Made by a program: the position numbers and the translations under genes. A stretch of 64,000 nt of DNA from a virus (Duplodnaviria; Caudoviricetes): positions 1 to 64,000 of the IMG/VR virus record IMGVR_UViG_3300033120_000804. One strand, 5' to 3'. The notes below the pieces were generated by a model. The model did no database searches. It saw only the letters and a list, made by a program, of their open reading frames with translations, and had not been told where the DNA came from. Each line of letters begins with the position of its first letter. The stretch's first letter is position 1. Positions 10,246-22,700 of this stretch are shown here, piece after piece.

Positions 10246-11084
10246 TGAGTATATTTAATGGTAAATATGTTAGTGTTTATGAAATAATAAATTCAGCATA
10301 TAGAGACTCGGGTATGTCTAATGAATTAAATATAGCAGATGCTATAGAATGGGCTGGAGAAGCTATTGAATTCATTGGAGGTATGAACTATTTTGAGGAA
10401 AAGGTAGAAGTACTTTTAGTAAATAATCATAAAGTTAAAATTCCTTGCTCTTTACATATTATTAATGGTATTAAAGCTAAGGTTGACAAAAATGCAACAG
10501 AAATTGAAGAATGTCTATTTGATATATCTTCTTTTTCTCCTATGATTTATAAATCTAGTATATATCATAAATATATAACTAATAATGATGTTACTAGTAC
10601 GCCTAATAACTTAGCTAATAATTTAACTAGCAAATTAACATACAATGTTAATGATAATTACATCTTTACTAATTTTGATAAAGGATTTATAGCCTTATCT
10701 TATAAAGGTATTGTAGTAGATGAAAATGGATTTCCTAAAATACCAGATGATGTTAAAGTTAAAAATGCAGTTAAATATCATTTACTTTGGAAATTAGCTT
10801 TTATTAAAATGTTAAGTGGCAAAATTAGTGGACAAGCCTACCAAATTATAGAGAGAGATAGAGATTGGTATATTGGAGGAGCACAAACTAGATCTGTAAT
10901 GCCTAATAATGATCAATTAGAAAGTATTAAAAATAACTGGATAAGATTAATACCTAAAATTAATCATCATTCAGACGGATTTAATAGTCTAAATATTCAA
11001 GAACAAAGAGAAGTTAAAAATAATATTGATAACAACTCTTTAAGAGGGCAGAGTAATATTAATATGTACACTTATAAAAGATAA
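10245..11084 (+). CDS. tail tubular/ring protein (P22 gp4-like)
   Basis: IEWAGEAIEFIG, DENGFPKIPD and WYIGGAQ motifs of the crAss tail tube protein. Confidence 0.7.
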   Translation: MSIFNGKYVSVYEIINSAYRDSGMSNELNIADAIEWAGEAIEFIGGMNYFEEKVEVLLVNNHKVKIPCSLHIINGIKAKVDKNATEIEECLFDISSFSPMIYKSSIYHKYITNNDVTSTPNNLANNLTSKLTYNVNDNYIFTNFDKGFIALSYKGIVVDENGFPKIPDDVKVKNAVKYHLLWKLAFIKMLSGKISGQAYQIIERDRDWYIGGAQTRSVMPNNDQLESIKNNWIRLIPKINHHSDGFNSLNIQEQREVKNNIDNNSLRGQSNINMYTYKR

Positions 11085-14000
11085 TGAAAAGTAAACAAGG
11101 GTTTTTAGAGGGCTTAGATTGGGATTCAGCTAAAAATAAAAGAAATTCTACTTCAGCTTATTCTTTAAAAAACTTTAGAGTAATAACTGATAAAGGATTA
11201 TCTTCTGGATCATTAGAAAATGAAAAAGGAAATCTTTTAAGTTTTGTTATACCTAATATTCCAGAAATGGAACTTACTGATATTACTATACCTACACAAA
11301 CTAATTTAACTATTATAGGTTATGCTACAATGGTTAACTCAGTTATTTTATTTACTACAAATAACTCAGATTTAGAGCCAGATAGTTATGGACAAATATG
11401 GAAATTTGATTATGATGAAGAAACTAATACTATTATAGGCATAGACCCAGGTAATATATTAAATATTACTAATCATCTTATATATAATAATAAATTAAAT
11501 TTTAGTTCTGTACATAGAATTAAAGCATTATGTAGATATGAAAATGAAAAAATAGGAAGAGTATATTGGACTGATTATCACAATGCAGTAAGAGTGTTAA
11601 ATTTATTAGATCCAGATACATTAAATATCCCTTTAGATACAGTAGATTTAAAACCTAATGTAGATTTTGCTCAACCTAATATATTATCTATTGGTGTAGG
11701 TAATTTACCAGTAGGTTCTATAGTACAATTTGCATATAGATTATTAGATTCAAGAGGAGCAGAAACATTATTTTCTCCAGTAAGCGTATTAACAAATTTA
11801 ATTTCAAATGATTATAACACATTAATACCTTCTGATATTAAAGGTACTCAGCCCAATACATCTAATAGTAAAAGTGTTACTTATAACATAATAGGATTAG
11901 ATACTAACTATAGTTATATAGAACATTATATTGTAGTTTATTTATCTGAAAATAATAAAAAAATATATAAATTCAGAGAAGATCCTATTCCTTCTTCTGG
12001 TGAATTAATAGTTACTTGTGATAGTATAGCAGAGGCTGTTGAAATATCTTATGTTGAGTTTAATATGTTGTATTCAGGATTTGATGTAGCAAAAGATATT
12101 GAAGTTAAAAACAGTAGATTAATTGCAGCTAATACTAAAACAAAAACATTTGATATAGATTTTGATGCTAGAGCATATAGATTTAATAATACTTCCTCTG
12201 CGTTATTAAAAGATTTAAATGAAGCTAATATTACTTTAAGTGGACCAAGTCCTGTATATAATAGTGTACCAGAAGAATATGATGCTATCAATATTTATAA
12301 CAATGAAGCTGATGTTAACTGGGAAACTTTAAATCAATATAAGTATCAAGTAGATGGCACTACATTAGGAGGATCTGGGTTAAACATTTCTTATAAATTT
12401 GTTACAGATGAATTAATTGGCAATGGATATGCTACAATGTTACCTACACCTTCTAAACATATTAAAGGTTATAAAAATCCACCTGGATCAACAAAAACAT
12501 TAAATGTATTAGAATCTGATGGCACTATAAAACAAATAAATACAGAAAATCAATTATTAAGCTTAGCTTCTCAATGGGGGAGTTCTAATTTAGTTGGTTA
12601 TACTAGAGGGGAGACATATAGATTTGGGATAGTATTTTATAACAAAAAAGGCTCTACTTCATTTGTTAAATGGATTGGAGACATCAAATTTCCTGAAGTA
12701 TCAGATGGATATCCTATTCAAAACGCTGATGATTCATTTAGTACAGCAAGATTATTTACAATGGGTATTTCTTTTACAGTAGATATTTCATCTGTTAGAG
12801 ATCAGATATCAGGATATTCTATTGTAAGATTAGAAAGAAAAGAAGAAGATAAAACTAGATTAGGTTCTGGTATGTTAATGCATTTTGATTTTCATAGTGG
12901 AGGTGATTTTTATTCATTACCTCATAGATGGGAATCTACAGGTCCTAATGGAACTCCTGCTGCAGCTAATAGACCTTATAATATAGAATATACATATTCT
13001 GTACCTGGAGATCATAATAAACATCTATATCATTTATCAGATAGACCTGGTTTTGGACCAATTGGTACTGAAGGTGTTGGATATTTAATTTCTCCAATTG
13101 GACAAATATATAATAACAACTTTAAAGCAGGAGATTGGTTACAATCTAGGGCTTATTACAAAGCAAGAGTATTAAAATACTCAGACAGTGGTACTAATAA
13201 TGGTGAAGCAGAAGATCTTAGAGAATATGCATTTGCATATAAACTATCTCAATATATTACAGATGATGTAAAAGAAAGAGTACAATTACATGCTACACAA
13301 ATACTAGGTCAGGGTGAAATCTCAACAGTTGATGATGAAGGAATACTAGTTTCTCCTATAGATATTGTAAATGCTTATGCTTGCAGAACAGGGGCAGTAG
13401 TTTCTGCATATAATAAAACACCATTAGGCATTGGAAATAGAAAATTAGTATTTGGTATTAAAACCACAGGAACTACTATCCCAAATGTAGATGCAGGATT
13501 TACATGGAAAGGGCCTACTTCTACAACAGCTAGTAGATATACTGGTCCAGCTGCTGGTGCAACGGATACTATAGAATTTGATGGAGGAGATATATCTAAT
13601 CAAGATCTGTATTTTAAAGAAGTTGTATATGGTAGATATTTAACAAATCAATATAGAGGTAATGATTTTATTACTAGAAGTAAAGATTCATATATTGGGA
13701 CTAATCATTTTCAAGTTGTAAATGAAAATATAACAAATTCTCTTGAATTTACTGTATATGGTGGAGATACTTATATTAATTATTATGATCAAGAACACAT
13801 AGAACAATATTGGAGTGGAGATCCTGTAGTTAATGGCGCATTAAAAGCTCCAGGTACAAATAGATTAGGTGTAGCAGTATGTTTACCTACTGAGTCTACA
13901 GTAAATACTAATTTTAGAGCAGGTAGAACTTGGGCTGGAGATAGAGTTTTTGATAACATGGGGTTATATCAAAGTAATGAATATTCTATTTATAGTATAT

Positions 14001-15343
14001 ATGAGCAACAAAATAATACATTTGAAAAATATTTTGCAAAAGATTTCTTATTTCAAGCAATAGAAAATCATCTTCACCAGTTATGGGCTTCAGATAATAA
14101 AATAGATGGTGAATTAGTAGATAGTTGGAGATCTTTTAAATCTAATAATAAAACAGAAGTAAATGGAGTATATGGTCCTATTAATAGAATAATTACATTT
14201 AAAGATAGGTTATACTTTTATCAGACTAAAGCTTTTGGAATTGCTTCTATTGATGATCAAAGTGTTATTCAAGATAGTTCTGGACAAGAATTAATAATTG
14301 GTACTGGAGGAGTATTTCCTACATATGGGTATATATCTACTATTACAGGGACTTTTCATCAATTTGCAGTAAGTCCTTCTGAATATGGTTTATATCATTA
14401 TGATGCAAATCTTAAAAAAGTATATAGATTTAATGGAACTCAATTAGAAGCATTATCTGATTCTAAAAGAATGGCTAGTTTTTTTCAAAATGAAATATCA
14501 AATAGGATAACAGATAAAGATTATACTGTCAGTACTAATGGAGATTATTTAGGAGGAGTGCATTCTGTGTATGAACCTAAATATAATTCTATAATATTTA
14601 CTTTTTTAAACTCTACTGTTGCAGCTAAACTCGATACTTATTTAGTAGGGAATAATTCTTATGTATTTACTAAAGGAGATTTAATAAATGTAAATGGAGT
14701 TATTTATGAAGCTGTAATTGATTATACATATAATTTTGATCCTGAAGAGCCTACAGTTCCTAATTTTGGAAATACTAGTAGATTTAAATTAGCAACTGCT
14801 AATACTTCAATAATTTTTAATGAAGCTTTGCAAGCATTTGAAGAATTTCCAGATTATACTCCTAATATTTATATTCCATTAGGAAGAAAAATTATTTCTA
14901 CTAATCCAGAAAACAATAAAGGATATTTACATTATGAAGGAGAGTATGGTAAATATTATGATCAATACTTTGATTCAAAAATTAGTGTTATGATGAGTAA
15001 TGATTCTGATATTATTAAGATATATAATAATTTAGCTTTCAAATCTGAGTTATTTGATTCAACTGGAAATGATATTTATAACGAAACTTTTAATACTATT
15101 AGATTAAAAAATAACTATCAAGATACTGATTATATTGATCTTACTTATTCTAATACTGTTATTCCTGCAACAATAGGGGATATAAAAAGAAGAATGAGAA
15201 CTTGGCATTATACCATACCTAGATATGAAAATGCAAGATTAAGAGATGCTTGGATGCAATTGTATTTAACCTTTGAAAATAACAATAATAAGAGATTAGT
15301 AATGCATGAAATTGAAGTATCATATACTCCATCACCATTTTAA
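11084..15343 (+). CDS. tail stabilisation/muzzle protein (P22 gp10-like)
   Basis: 1419 aa with GYTRGETYRFGIVFY, VYGGDTYI, DSWRSF and RLRDAW motifs. Confidence 0.8.
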   Translation: MKSKQGFLEGLDWDSAKNKRNSTSAYSLKNFRVITDKGLSSGSLENEKGNLLSFVIPNIPEMELTDITIPTQTNLTIIGYATMVNSVILFTTNNSDLEPDSYGQIWKFDYDEETNTIIGIDPGNILNITNHLIYNNKLNFSSVHRIKALCRYENEKIGRVYWTDYHNAVRVLNLLDPDTLNIPLDTVDLKPNVDFAQPNILSIGVGNLPVGSIVQFAYRLLDSRGAETLFSPVSVLTNLISNDYNTLIPSDIKGTQPNTSNSKSVTYNIIGLDTNYSYIEHYIVVYLSENNKKIYKFREDPIPSSGELIVTCDSIAEAVEISYVEFNMLYSGFDVAKDIEVKNSRLIAANTKTKTFDIDFDARAYRFNNTSSALLKDLNEANITLSGPSPVYNSVPEEYDAINIYNNEADVNWETLNQYKYQVDGTTLGGSGLNISYKFVTDELIGNGYATMLPTPSKHIKGYKNPPGSTKTLNVLESDGTIKQINTENQLLSLASQWGSSNLVGYTRGETYRFGIVFYNKKGSTSFVKWIGDIKFPEVSDGYPIQNADDSFSTARLFTMGISFTVDISSVRDQISGYSIVRLERKEEDKTRLGSGMLMHFDFHSGGDFYSLPHRWESTGPNGTPAAANRPYNIEYTYSVPGDHNKHLYHLSDRPGFGPIGTEGVGYLISPIGQIYNNNFKAGDWLQSRAYYKARVLKYSDSGTNNGEAEDLREYAFAYKLSQYITDDVKERVQLHATQILGQGEISTVDDEGILVSPIDIVNAYACRTGAVVSAYNKTPLGIGNRKLVFGIKTTGTTIPNVDAGFTWKGPTSTTASRYTGPAAGATDTIEFDGGDISNQDLYFKEVVYGRYLTNQYRGNDFITRSKDSYIGTNHFQVVNENITNSLEFTVYGGDTYINYYDQEHIEQYWSGDPVVNGALKAPGTNRLGVAVCLPTESTVNTNFRAGRTWAGDRVFDNMGLYQSNEYSIYSIYEQQNNTFEKYFAKDFLFQAIENHLHQLWASDNKIDGELVDSWRSFKSNNKTEVNGVYGPINRIITFKDRLYFYQTKAFGIASIDDQSVIQDSSGQELIIGTGGVFPTYGYISTITGTFHQFAVSPSEYGLYHYDANLKKVYRFNGTQLEALSDSKRMASFFQNEISNRITDKDYTVSTNGDYLGGVHSVYEPKYNSIIFTFLNSTVAAKLDTYLVGNNSYVFTKGDLINVNGVIYEAVIDYTYNFDPEEPTVPNFGNTSRFKLATANTSIIFNEALQAFEEFPDYTPNIYIPLGRKIISTNPENNKGYLHYEGEYGKYYDQYFDSKISVMMSNDSDIIKIYNNLAFKSELFDSTGNDIYNETFNTIRLKNNYQDTDYIDLTYSNTVIPATIGDIKRRMRTWHYTIPRYENARLRDAWMQLYLTFENNNNKRLVMHEIEVSYTPSPF

Positions 15344-15401
15344 TTATTTAACGTAATTAATTAAAAACCATACAATTATGTTGTATATGTAATAAAATTT
15401 A

Positions 15402-15409
15402 TATATTTG
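15402..15409 (+). promoter_or_regulatory. Bacteroidota-type -7 promoter box
   Basis: TATATTTG 4 nt before the ATG at 15414, with TTG about 20 nt upstream. Confidence 0.55.
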
Positions 15410-15413
15410 TATT

Positions 15414-17753
15414 ATGGAAAAAAATAAGAAATCCAAAAATAAAAAACCATTAGTAGTAAACCCTTATTTCGTGTTAGGTTTACTTGATAATAATAATGCA
15501 TTAGGAGGTCCATTAGGCAATCCTAATGGCAATACTAATAGTCCTAAAACGCTTAATCCTAATTATAAAACTCAATTAGATGAGTATAATCAAGCTTTAA
15601 ATTTTAATAAAAATGCAGGAAGTAATAGAGGTGCTTTATTATCTGCTGATGAAATAAATTCTTTAGGAATTTCTAATACTAGTCCTTCTGGTTTAAAAGC
15701 TAAAAATATTTATAAATCAAATGTTGGTAATAACATGCATTTTATAGAATATGAAAAACCAGAAGAATATTTTATTACTCCAGCAGTAACACCTCAGGTT
15801 TCAAAACAAGGAGTATACAGAGACCCCTTCACTAATCAACCATTACCTATAGAAGAATATGGTTCACCTGGACAAGTAGATAAGCAATTAGCTCAAGGAG
15901 TAGATCCTAATAGTATAAAGTTATCTAATATTAAAGAACAACAAGATAAACAAGCTGTAATGGAGAATAATAAGAGATTATTACAATCTATGACAGAAGA
16001 ACAAAAAGCAGAAGCTAGAAGTTTAAAATTAACTGCTGGTGAATATTTAGCTAAAAAAAATAACAATGTAGTAGAACAATTTGCTTATGGTGGCAATATG
16101 TTAACTACTCCAGAAGAAGAAAGATTAGGAAATGCTTTACCTAAAAATGAATATTCTCATGTTAATGTAAATGGAGAAACTGGAAAAGGAGCATTATCTG
16201 GTGCTTTAACCGGAGCTGCTACAGGAGCTACTATGGGATCTGTAGTACCTGGTTGGGGAACAGCAGTTGGAGCTGTTGTTGGGGCAGTGGCTGGTGGTAT
16301 TAGTGGAGGCATTAAAAAGAAAAAGGCAGCTGAAGCACAACAAGCTATGGATCAACAAATATATGAGGAAAGTGCTAACCAAGGTTTGTACGCATTAGGA
16401 GGTCCATTAGATGTTGATTCTATTGTAGGAGAAAGACATGAAAATGGAGGTGTTAAAATGGGAGGTGCAGAAACAGAAGGAGGGGAAGCCAAGCTAGGAA
16501 ATTATATTTTCTCAGATAGACTTACTCCTAAAAACTCAAAAAGAACATTTGCACAAGTAGCTAAATCTATAGAATTTAAATATAGAGAAAGAGATAATGA
16601 TGGTCCTGCTTTAAGATCTAAAGAAAAAGAATTAGAAAGCCTAAAAGCAGAAAATGATATGGTTAGAAAAGAAACTCAATTGAAAGAACAACAATTGACT
16701 AATGCAATTAAAGCAGATGTATTTGCTTATGGAGGCTATTTTAAACAAGAAGGTGGTAATTTAATTATTGATGATTCTCATAATGATATTATAAAACAAT
16801 TAGCTAAAACTAAAGGTATTTCTTCTTCTGATTATAAAACTAGATTATTAGCACTTGGAGGAAACTTAAATGATGGAAATCCTCCATATGATGATAATAT
16901 GTTAGCTACACAAAATCAAGGAAATGAGTTTTTACCTATAGAAGATTACTTACAACAATCATTAACTACTTCTGGTAACTATACAGATCCTTCTCAATAT
17001 GAAGCTTATGCTCCTTCAGAAGAAAGTGATATAGAAAGAATGTATAATCTAGCTAATAGAAATAGAGGGTTAGAAAATTCTAATGCATTACCTACAGAAG
17101 AAGATTTATTTAGCCAAATTAATAATGATCCTACAACTAAGACTAATAAATTTGGTAACGAAGAAAAAGCATTGCTTATGTCATCATTGCCTGCTATTGA
17201 CAATTTAATTGCTTCAGGAGATAATAGTAAAACAACTCTTCAAAAGTTTAATCCTGAAATGTTAGACTTAGATTCTCAAAGACAAATGATAGGTAGAGAA
17301 ATTGCTAAAGCTAGGACTGTTGGAAGAGAAAATATTAGAAGTACAAGTAATTCATCAGGAGATTATTTAAGTAATATGGCAGCCCAAAATGCAGCTTTAA
17401 CTGATAGTTCTATGGATGCTTTATCACAAAGTTATTTAACTGAAGCCAATAGCAACACTCAAATTAGAAATCAAGCTAAAGCAGGTAATACTGAGATTGC
17501 AAATCAAGAAAAAATACTTAATGAACAAAATAAGGATTTAAGAAGATCATTACAAAATCAAGCAATTGCTAATGTATCTACCAATGCTCAAATGTATCTA
17601 AAAGATAAAAAACTGACATCAGAGAATAAAAAACAAAATGATAATATGGTTAAACTAATTAATAGTTTAGGGTATAATTATAAGTTTGAGGACGATAACG
17701 GAGCAATGTTATTAAAATTTAAAGAAGTGTTGGACAAAAATAAACCTCAATAA
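15414..17753 (+). CDS. virion cargo/ejection protein (crAss cargo protein 1-like)
   Basis: G.RHENGGV, AETEGGE, YIFSDRL and TFA motifs; Gly-zipper hydrophobic segment; repeated A[LY]GG. Confidence 0.7.
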   Translation: MEKNKKSKNKKPLVVNPYFVLGLLDNNNALGGPLGNPNGNTNSPKTLNPNYKTQLDEYNQALNFNKNAGSNRGALLSADEINSLGISNTSPSGLKAKNIYKSNVGNNMHFIEYEKPEEYFITPAVTPQVSKQGVYRDPFTNQPLPIEEYGSPGQVDKQLAQGVDPNSIKLSNIKEQQDKQAVMENNKRLLQSMTEEQKAEARSLKLTAGEYLAKKNNNVVEQFAYGGNMLTTPEEERLGNALPKNEYSHVNVNGETGKGALSGALTGAATGATMGSVVPGWGTAVGAVVGAVAGGISGGIKKKKAAEAQQAMDQQIYEESANQGLYALGGPLDVDSIVGERHENGGVKMGGAETEGGEAKLGNYIFSDRLTPKNSKRTFAQVAKSIEFKYRERDNDGPALRSKEKELESLKAENDMVRKETQLKEQQLTNAIKADVFAYGGYFKQEGGNLIIDDSHNDIIKQLAKTKGISSSDYKTRLLALGGNLNDGNPPYDDNMLATQNQGNEFLPIEDYLQQSLTTSGNYTDPSQYEAYAPSEESDIERMYNLANRNRGLENSNALPTEEDLFSQINNDPTTKTNKFGNEEKALLMSSLPAIDNLIASGDNSKTTLQKFNPEMLDLDSQRQMIGREIAKARTVGRENIRSTSNSSGDYLSNMAAQNAALTDSSMDALSQSYLTEANSNTQIRNQAKAGNTEIANQEKILNEQNKDLRRSLQNQAIANVSTNAQMYLKDKKLTSENKKQNDNMVKLINSLGYNYKFEDDNGAMLLKFKEVLDKNKPQ

Positions 17754-17755
17754 TT

Positions 17756-19723
17756 ATGGCTAAAAGATTTTATTCAGGAGTTCAAGGTCAGTATGTAAGT
17801 CAGTTTGTGCCCTCAAATATGCCTGTAGATTTAATGCTTAAAGGCATTGAGATGAAACAAAATAAGTATGATAAACAATCATTATTAAATGATGAGTTAC
17901 AAGCATATAAAATAAAAGCATTACCAGGAGAAGATACTAGATATGCAACTACTTGGAAAGGTAAAATAGATGAATTTGTTAATGGAGCTATTGATCAAGA
18001 CTTGGCGTCTCCTGAATTTCAAAGAAAATATAAAGGTTTTATTAAAGATTTTAGAAATGACAAAGACCTTCAAAAAGTACAAGGAGCATACGATACTCAT
18101 CAAAAAGCTTTAGAACGTATTCAAGATTTAAAGAAAAAAGGAGAAACTGCTGCTGCTGATGAGATGTTACATGAATATCAAAGAAGATATGGTTTATATA
18201 CTGCTAATGAAGGTAAAGGTTTTAGAGGAGATATAACTTTAGATCCTAATGATATTGGAGAAGGAGTAGATAAATATGGCGAATCTATTAAATACTTTAA
18301 AGATTTAGAAGAATCAGGTTCTGAAAATGTAGCTTTTTTAAATCAAGGTATTGCATATAAAAATGGTTGGACAGGTATTTCTGATAAAAGAGTAAAACAA
18401 CAAGCTGATAATTTATATAACGATTGGTCAGCATCTGCACCTGGAAGACAATATGACAATTTGTATAATATGCAAAAAGGAACTAGTGAATATGAATTAT
18501 CTAAATTAACTCCAGACAAAAGAAAAGAGTTTCAAAATGAAAAAGAAAATTGGAAAAGAAATCAATTCTTAGAAATAGGTAGAACTGTAGTTCATGGTAA
18601 ATCTACTACTAATATTGATGATGCATATAATATAAGTGAAAAAAGAAGATATGAAGAATTAGATGATAATGCTATTATTACTGGACAATTACAAGGACAA
18701 ACAGTAGCTAATCCAAAATTATCTTGGGATGCACAATTAAACCAAATTGGTGAAAAAACTAATGCAATTAATGCAGAGTTAAAAGCTATTGCTAATGGTA
18801 AGACAGTTGCTCCTGGTACAGAAGGATTTTTAAAAAGTCAATTAAATAATCTTCAACAAGAAAAGCAATTAGTTGAAAAAGATAAAAATCAAAAATATAA
18901 AGAATTTTATGATAAAGCTAAAGAAGAAGTATTTAAAGAGAGTATAGGAGAACAAAATAATATTAATAGTCCTTATAAAAACCAACAATTTAAAGAAGAT
19001 AGGATTAAAACACTTACTAATCAAAAATGGAAAGACTATCTTAAAAATGAAAGTAATGTTGTAGAATATGTAGGAACTATTTCTGTACCTAAAACTAAAG
19101 GAAGTATTGCAGCAGCTGAAGAAAAAATGATTAGAACTCAAGGGGGAGCTGGATATACTTTTTATGATGCTAAAACAGGGAAAGAAATTAATATTGATGA
19201 TTTTTCTAAATTTGAATTAGCCGGATTAACTCAAAATGAATATAAAGGAGGAACAGGTAAAGTAGGTAAAGTAACTACTAAAGAATGGATTGTAGACCCA
19301 AATAACGAAGATAAAAAGAAATTAGTAGAAGTTAATAGACATGTAATTGCAGTATCTAGAGATCCTAACAGACAAGTATCTAATATATCTTATGCAAATA
19401 CATATTTTGATCAAAGTAAACAACTAAGAGCTAATGGAAATACTGAATCTGCTGTTGCTGCTGAAAGACAAGCAATGCGTTTATTAGATCCTCAACTATC
19501 AACAGCATTTGATAATGCAGGTAAATCTACTAGTTTTAAAAGTGGACCTATTGGGTTTAAAACTTCATCTGGTACTAAAGTATTAACTAATATAGAAAAA
19601 TTAGATGATGGGTCTTATAATGTAACATTAATGGATGAAAACAAAAATGTTATGGCTCCAACTGCTAACTTTACAGATATTGAAAGAGCTAAACAACAAA
19701 TATTAAATATCTCATTAAAATAG
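17756..19723 (+). CDS. virion cargo/ejection protein
   Basis: N-terminal YVSQFVP..P motif; lies between cargo protein 1 and the giant proteins. Confidence 0.55.
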   Translation: MAKRFYSGVQGQYVSQFVPSNMPVDLMLKGIEMKQNKYDKQSLLNDELQAYKIKALPGEDTRYATTWKGKIDEFVNGAIDQDLASPEFQRKYKGFIKDFRNDKDLQKVQGAYDTHQKALERIQDLKKKGETAAADEMLHEYQRRYGLYTANEGKGFRGDITLDPNDIGEGVDKYGESIKYFKDLEESGSENVAFLNQGIAYKNGWTGISDKRVKQQADNLYNDWSASAPGRQYDNLYNMQKGTSEYELSKLTPDKRKEFQNEKENWKRNQFLEIGRTVVHGKSTTNIDDAYNISEKRRYEELDDNAIITGQLQGQTVANPKLSWDAQLNQIGEKTNAINAELKAIANGKTVAPGTEGFLKSQLNNLQQEKQLVEKDKNQKYKEFYDKAKEEVFKESIGEQNNINSPYKNQQFKEDRIKTLTNQKWKDYLKNESNVVEYVGTISVPKTKGSIAAAEEKMIRTQGGAGYTFYDAKTGKEINIDDFSKFELAGLTQNEYKGGTGKVGKVTTKEWIVDPNNEDKKKLVEVNRHVIAVSRDPNRQVSNISYANTYFDQSKQLRANGNTESAVAAERQAMRLLDPQLSTAFDNAGKSTSFKSGPIGFKTSSGTKVLTNIEKLDDGSYNVTLMDENKNVMAPTANFTDIERAKQQILNISLK

Positions 19724-19726
19724 TAT

Positions 19727-22700
19727 ATGGCTAAACAAAATAATGATCATGATAGAATTAAAGAATTATGGAATAGTTCTTTAGATGAGGTTAATAGTAC
19801 TCAGAACGTAGGTAGCACATCTGTAGTAGCCGGAAGTCTAAAAAAACATATAGATCATATAAAAGCAGAAACTGATTTAAATTGGTACCCAGAAGAAGGT
19901 TATGATGCTTTAAAAGATAAAATTAAACTAGCTGATTTTAATGAAGGTAAAAGAAAAGCAGAAGAGCAAGGTTTTTTTGGAGAGGCCGCTGGCTTTCTTG
20001 CACAAGGAACTAGTGAAATTGTATTAGGGACTTTAGAAGGAGTAGGTTATTTAGTTGATGATGTATTTAATGCAGTATCAGGGGGAGAAAAAGATTATTC
20101 TAATTGGTTTTCAGACGCAATGAGTGGTGCTAATGACTGGGTAAAAGAAAATGCACCTATATATCAAGATCCTTTAAATCAAGAAAGATCTACTTGGCAA
20201 AATATGATTCATGGTGATGGTTGGTGGGCACAAAATGGGGTTAGTTTAGCTAGTGCTGTATCATTAATGATTCCAGTTGCAGGTGCTGCTAGAGCTTTAG
20301 GATTTGTTGGTAAAGCAGGGAAAGTACTAGGTACTGCTGGTAAAGTTGGTAAATTAGGAAAAGTAGGTAAGATTATAACTACTCCTATTAATCTTGTAGA
20401 TGATGTAGGAAGAACTATGGGTTTTGAAACCCAATTAGGAAAACAAATAACTAATGGAATTAGCAAAAGTATTATTTCCAGACATTTAGAGAATAATATA
20501 GAAGCAGCAGATGTATTTAAACAAAAATATGATGAATATATTAATCTAGGTATGTCTCAAGAAGATGCTAAAAAACATGCAGGAGCAGCAGCTTCATTTA
20601 CATATAATGCAGGATGGGCTAATATATGGCAAGATGCTCTTCAATACACTTTATTAGCTAAAGGATTTAATATTTCTAAAGGAATTACAAGTACTAAATT
20701 AGCTAAAGCAACTGGTAGTAGTACAGCAAAAGCCCTGACTTACAATATGGGAAGAAAAGGATTAGAGTTTGCTACTGAAGGTATGGAAGAAGCTTATCAA
20801 TTTATTATTGCAGAAGAGGGAAAACATTTAGCAGATGTACAAGCAGGATTAGTAAACCCAGATGAATCTACTTTATCAGATAGATTAAAAAAATACTCAG
20901 AAGATTCTGAACTATGGACTTCTGCTTTTTTTGGTGGTTTAGGAGGAAATATATTTTCAACTGCTTTACCCGCTATTAATAAGTTAACAGATAAATTAGG
21001 ATCTGATGCAGAAAGTAAATTAGATGAAAATCAATCTCGTTTAAAAGAAATTTTAACTTGGAAAGAAAGAGAGTCTCAAGCTATCAGAGATTATTTTGAA
21101 TCTCAACAAATAGATGATGAAAAGGGATTTGAAATAGCTAAAACCAAAATGAGTTTCAATACTGGTGTTAGAGCTGCAATGGAAGGTAACTGGGCTATTA
21201 GAAAAGGACAATTAGAAGATCTTAAAAAAGCTACTCCTGAAGAAGTTGCACAAACTTTAAATATCCCAATTGAAGCTGTAGATGATTATATTGCTAATAT
21301 AGATAATCATATTAAAACTTCAGAAGAAGCTGCTAAATTATATGCTTCTAATGTAAATAAATATGGTGAATCCACTGCTTATCAAGTTAGTTACTTGCAG
21401 CATATGACTAATCATTATAATAATAAGATTCCAGAATTAGGAAAAGTTATTGAAGATGAAATTCAAAAAGTACCTGGAGTAAATAATCTAACTCCCCAAG
21501 GTAAACAAATGTTTAATAGCAGATTAACTACTTTAGCAGCTAAAAAAGTTATTGATTATAATAACAATTTAATTAATAAGAAAAAAGAATTATCAGAAAC
21601 AGATAAAGAATATTATAAAAAAAGAAATAATTATTTAGATAGTATTATTGAATCTAATAATCAAACTATTGAAGAAGCTAAGACATTAGGTGTATTATCT
21701 CCTAATGATAGAATTGCTTTAAGTTATTTAAATGGAGGGGTAACAGATGAATTAGTTAACGCAAGTATTGAAAAAGAGCTTGCAGAAATGTATGTAGATA
21801 AATGGTTAGAGGATATAGATAGTTTAACTTCTAAAGATGCTCAAAATAAAATTAAAGCAAAACAAGAAGAAGTTAGTAAAAAACAGCAGGATAAAATTAG
21901 AAAAGAAACTAATAAACAGAATGCTGAAGCAGCTAATCAAAAAGCTAATAAAATACCGGATTATAAGCCAACAGTTGATTTAGAAGAAGCTGAAATAGGT
22001 TCTCAAGAGCAAGAATCAAAACCAGTTGATTTCAAGGATTTACATAAACTTATTGAAGAAGGGCAAGTAAATACTAATCAATTAGATGATTCTGTATTAG
22101 AAGCCTATAGTAGTTGGAAAGAACAAAATATTAATATATCTGAAGATGTCATTGCTAATGAAGAAAATGTAACTTCTAATTTAAATACTATTGAAACACA
22201 AGTTTCAGATAATATAGAGGACTATATTAAAGGTTCTGATGATATATCTACAGTAACTCAAGTAAGTACCCCATTAGCTTATTTATCTGTTAATAATAGC
22301 AGAGCTACAGAAGAAGATAAAACTCCTGAAAATATAGCATTGTCTAATTTTTTAGAATCTGGCGAATCTATTAATGATATTGATATTGTATTTGAAATAG
22401 ATTTTGATTTCTTAAATAAGGAGAATCCAAAAGGTTGGAAAACTAAACCTATTGATACTATATTAAATAGTTTAAATAATAATAAACCATTAACTACAGA
22501 GCAGCTAGAGGTACTTCCTATTAAAGGAATGTTTTATAAAAATGATAAACCATTTATTTATAATGATATACATCTTAGAATGCATATTCATGAAGCTGAT
22601 TTCTTTAGAAGAATACCTAATGCTTCAGCTGAATTTCAAATAGAAAAATCATTACAACATAAACAATTAATTTTAGATGCTTATTACAATAAACAAAAAT

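Noticed and set aside
20310-20372. GKAGKVLGTAGKVGKLGKVGK repeat
   Set aside because: Low-complexity segment next to hydrophobic helices of an ejection protein; no separate function can be supported.
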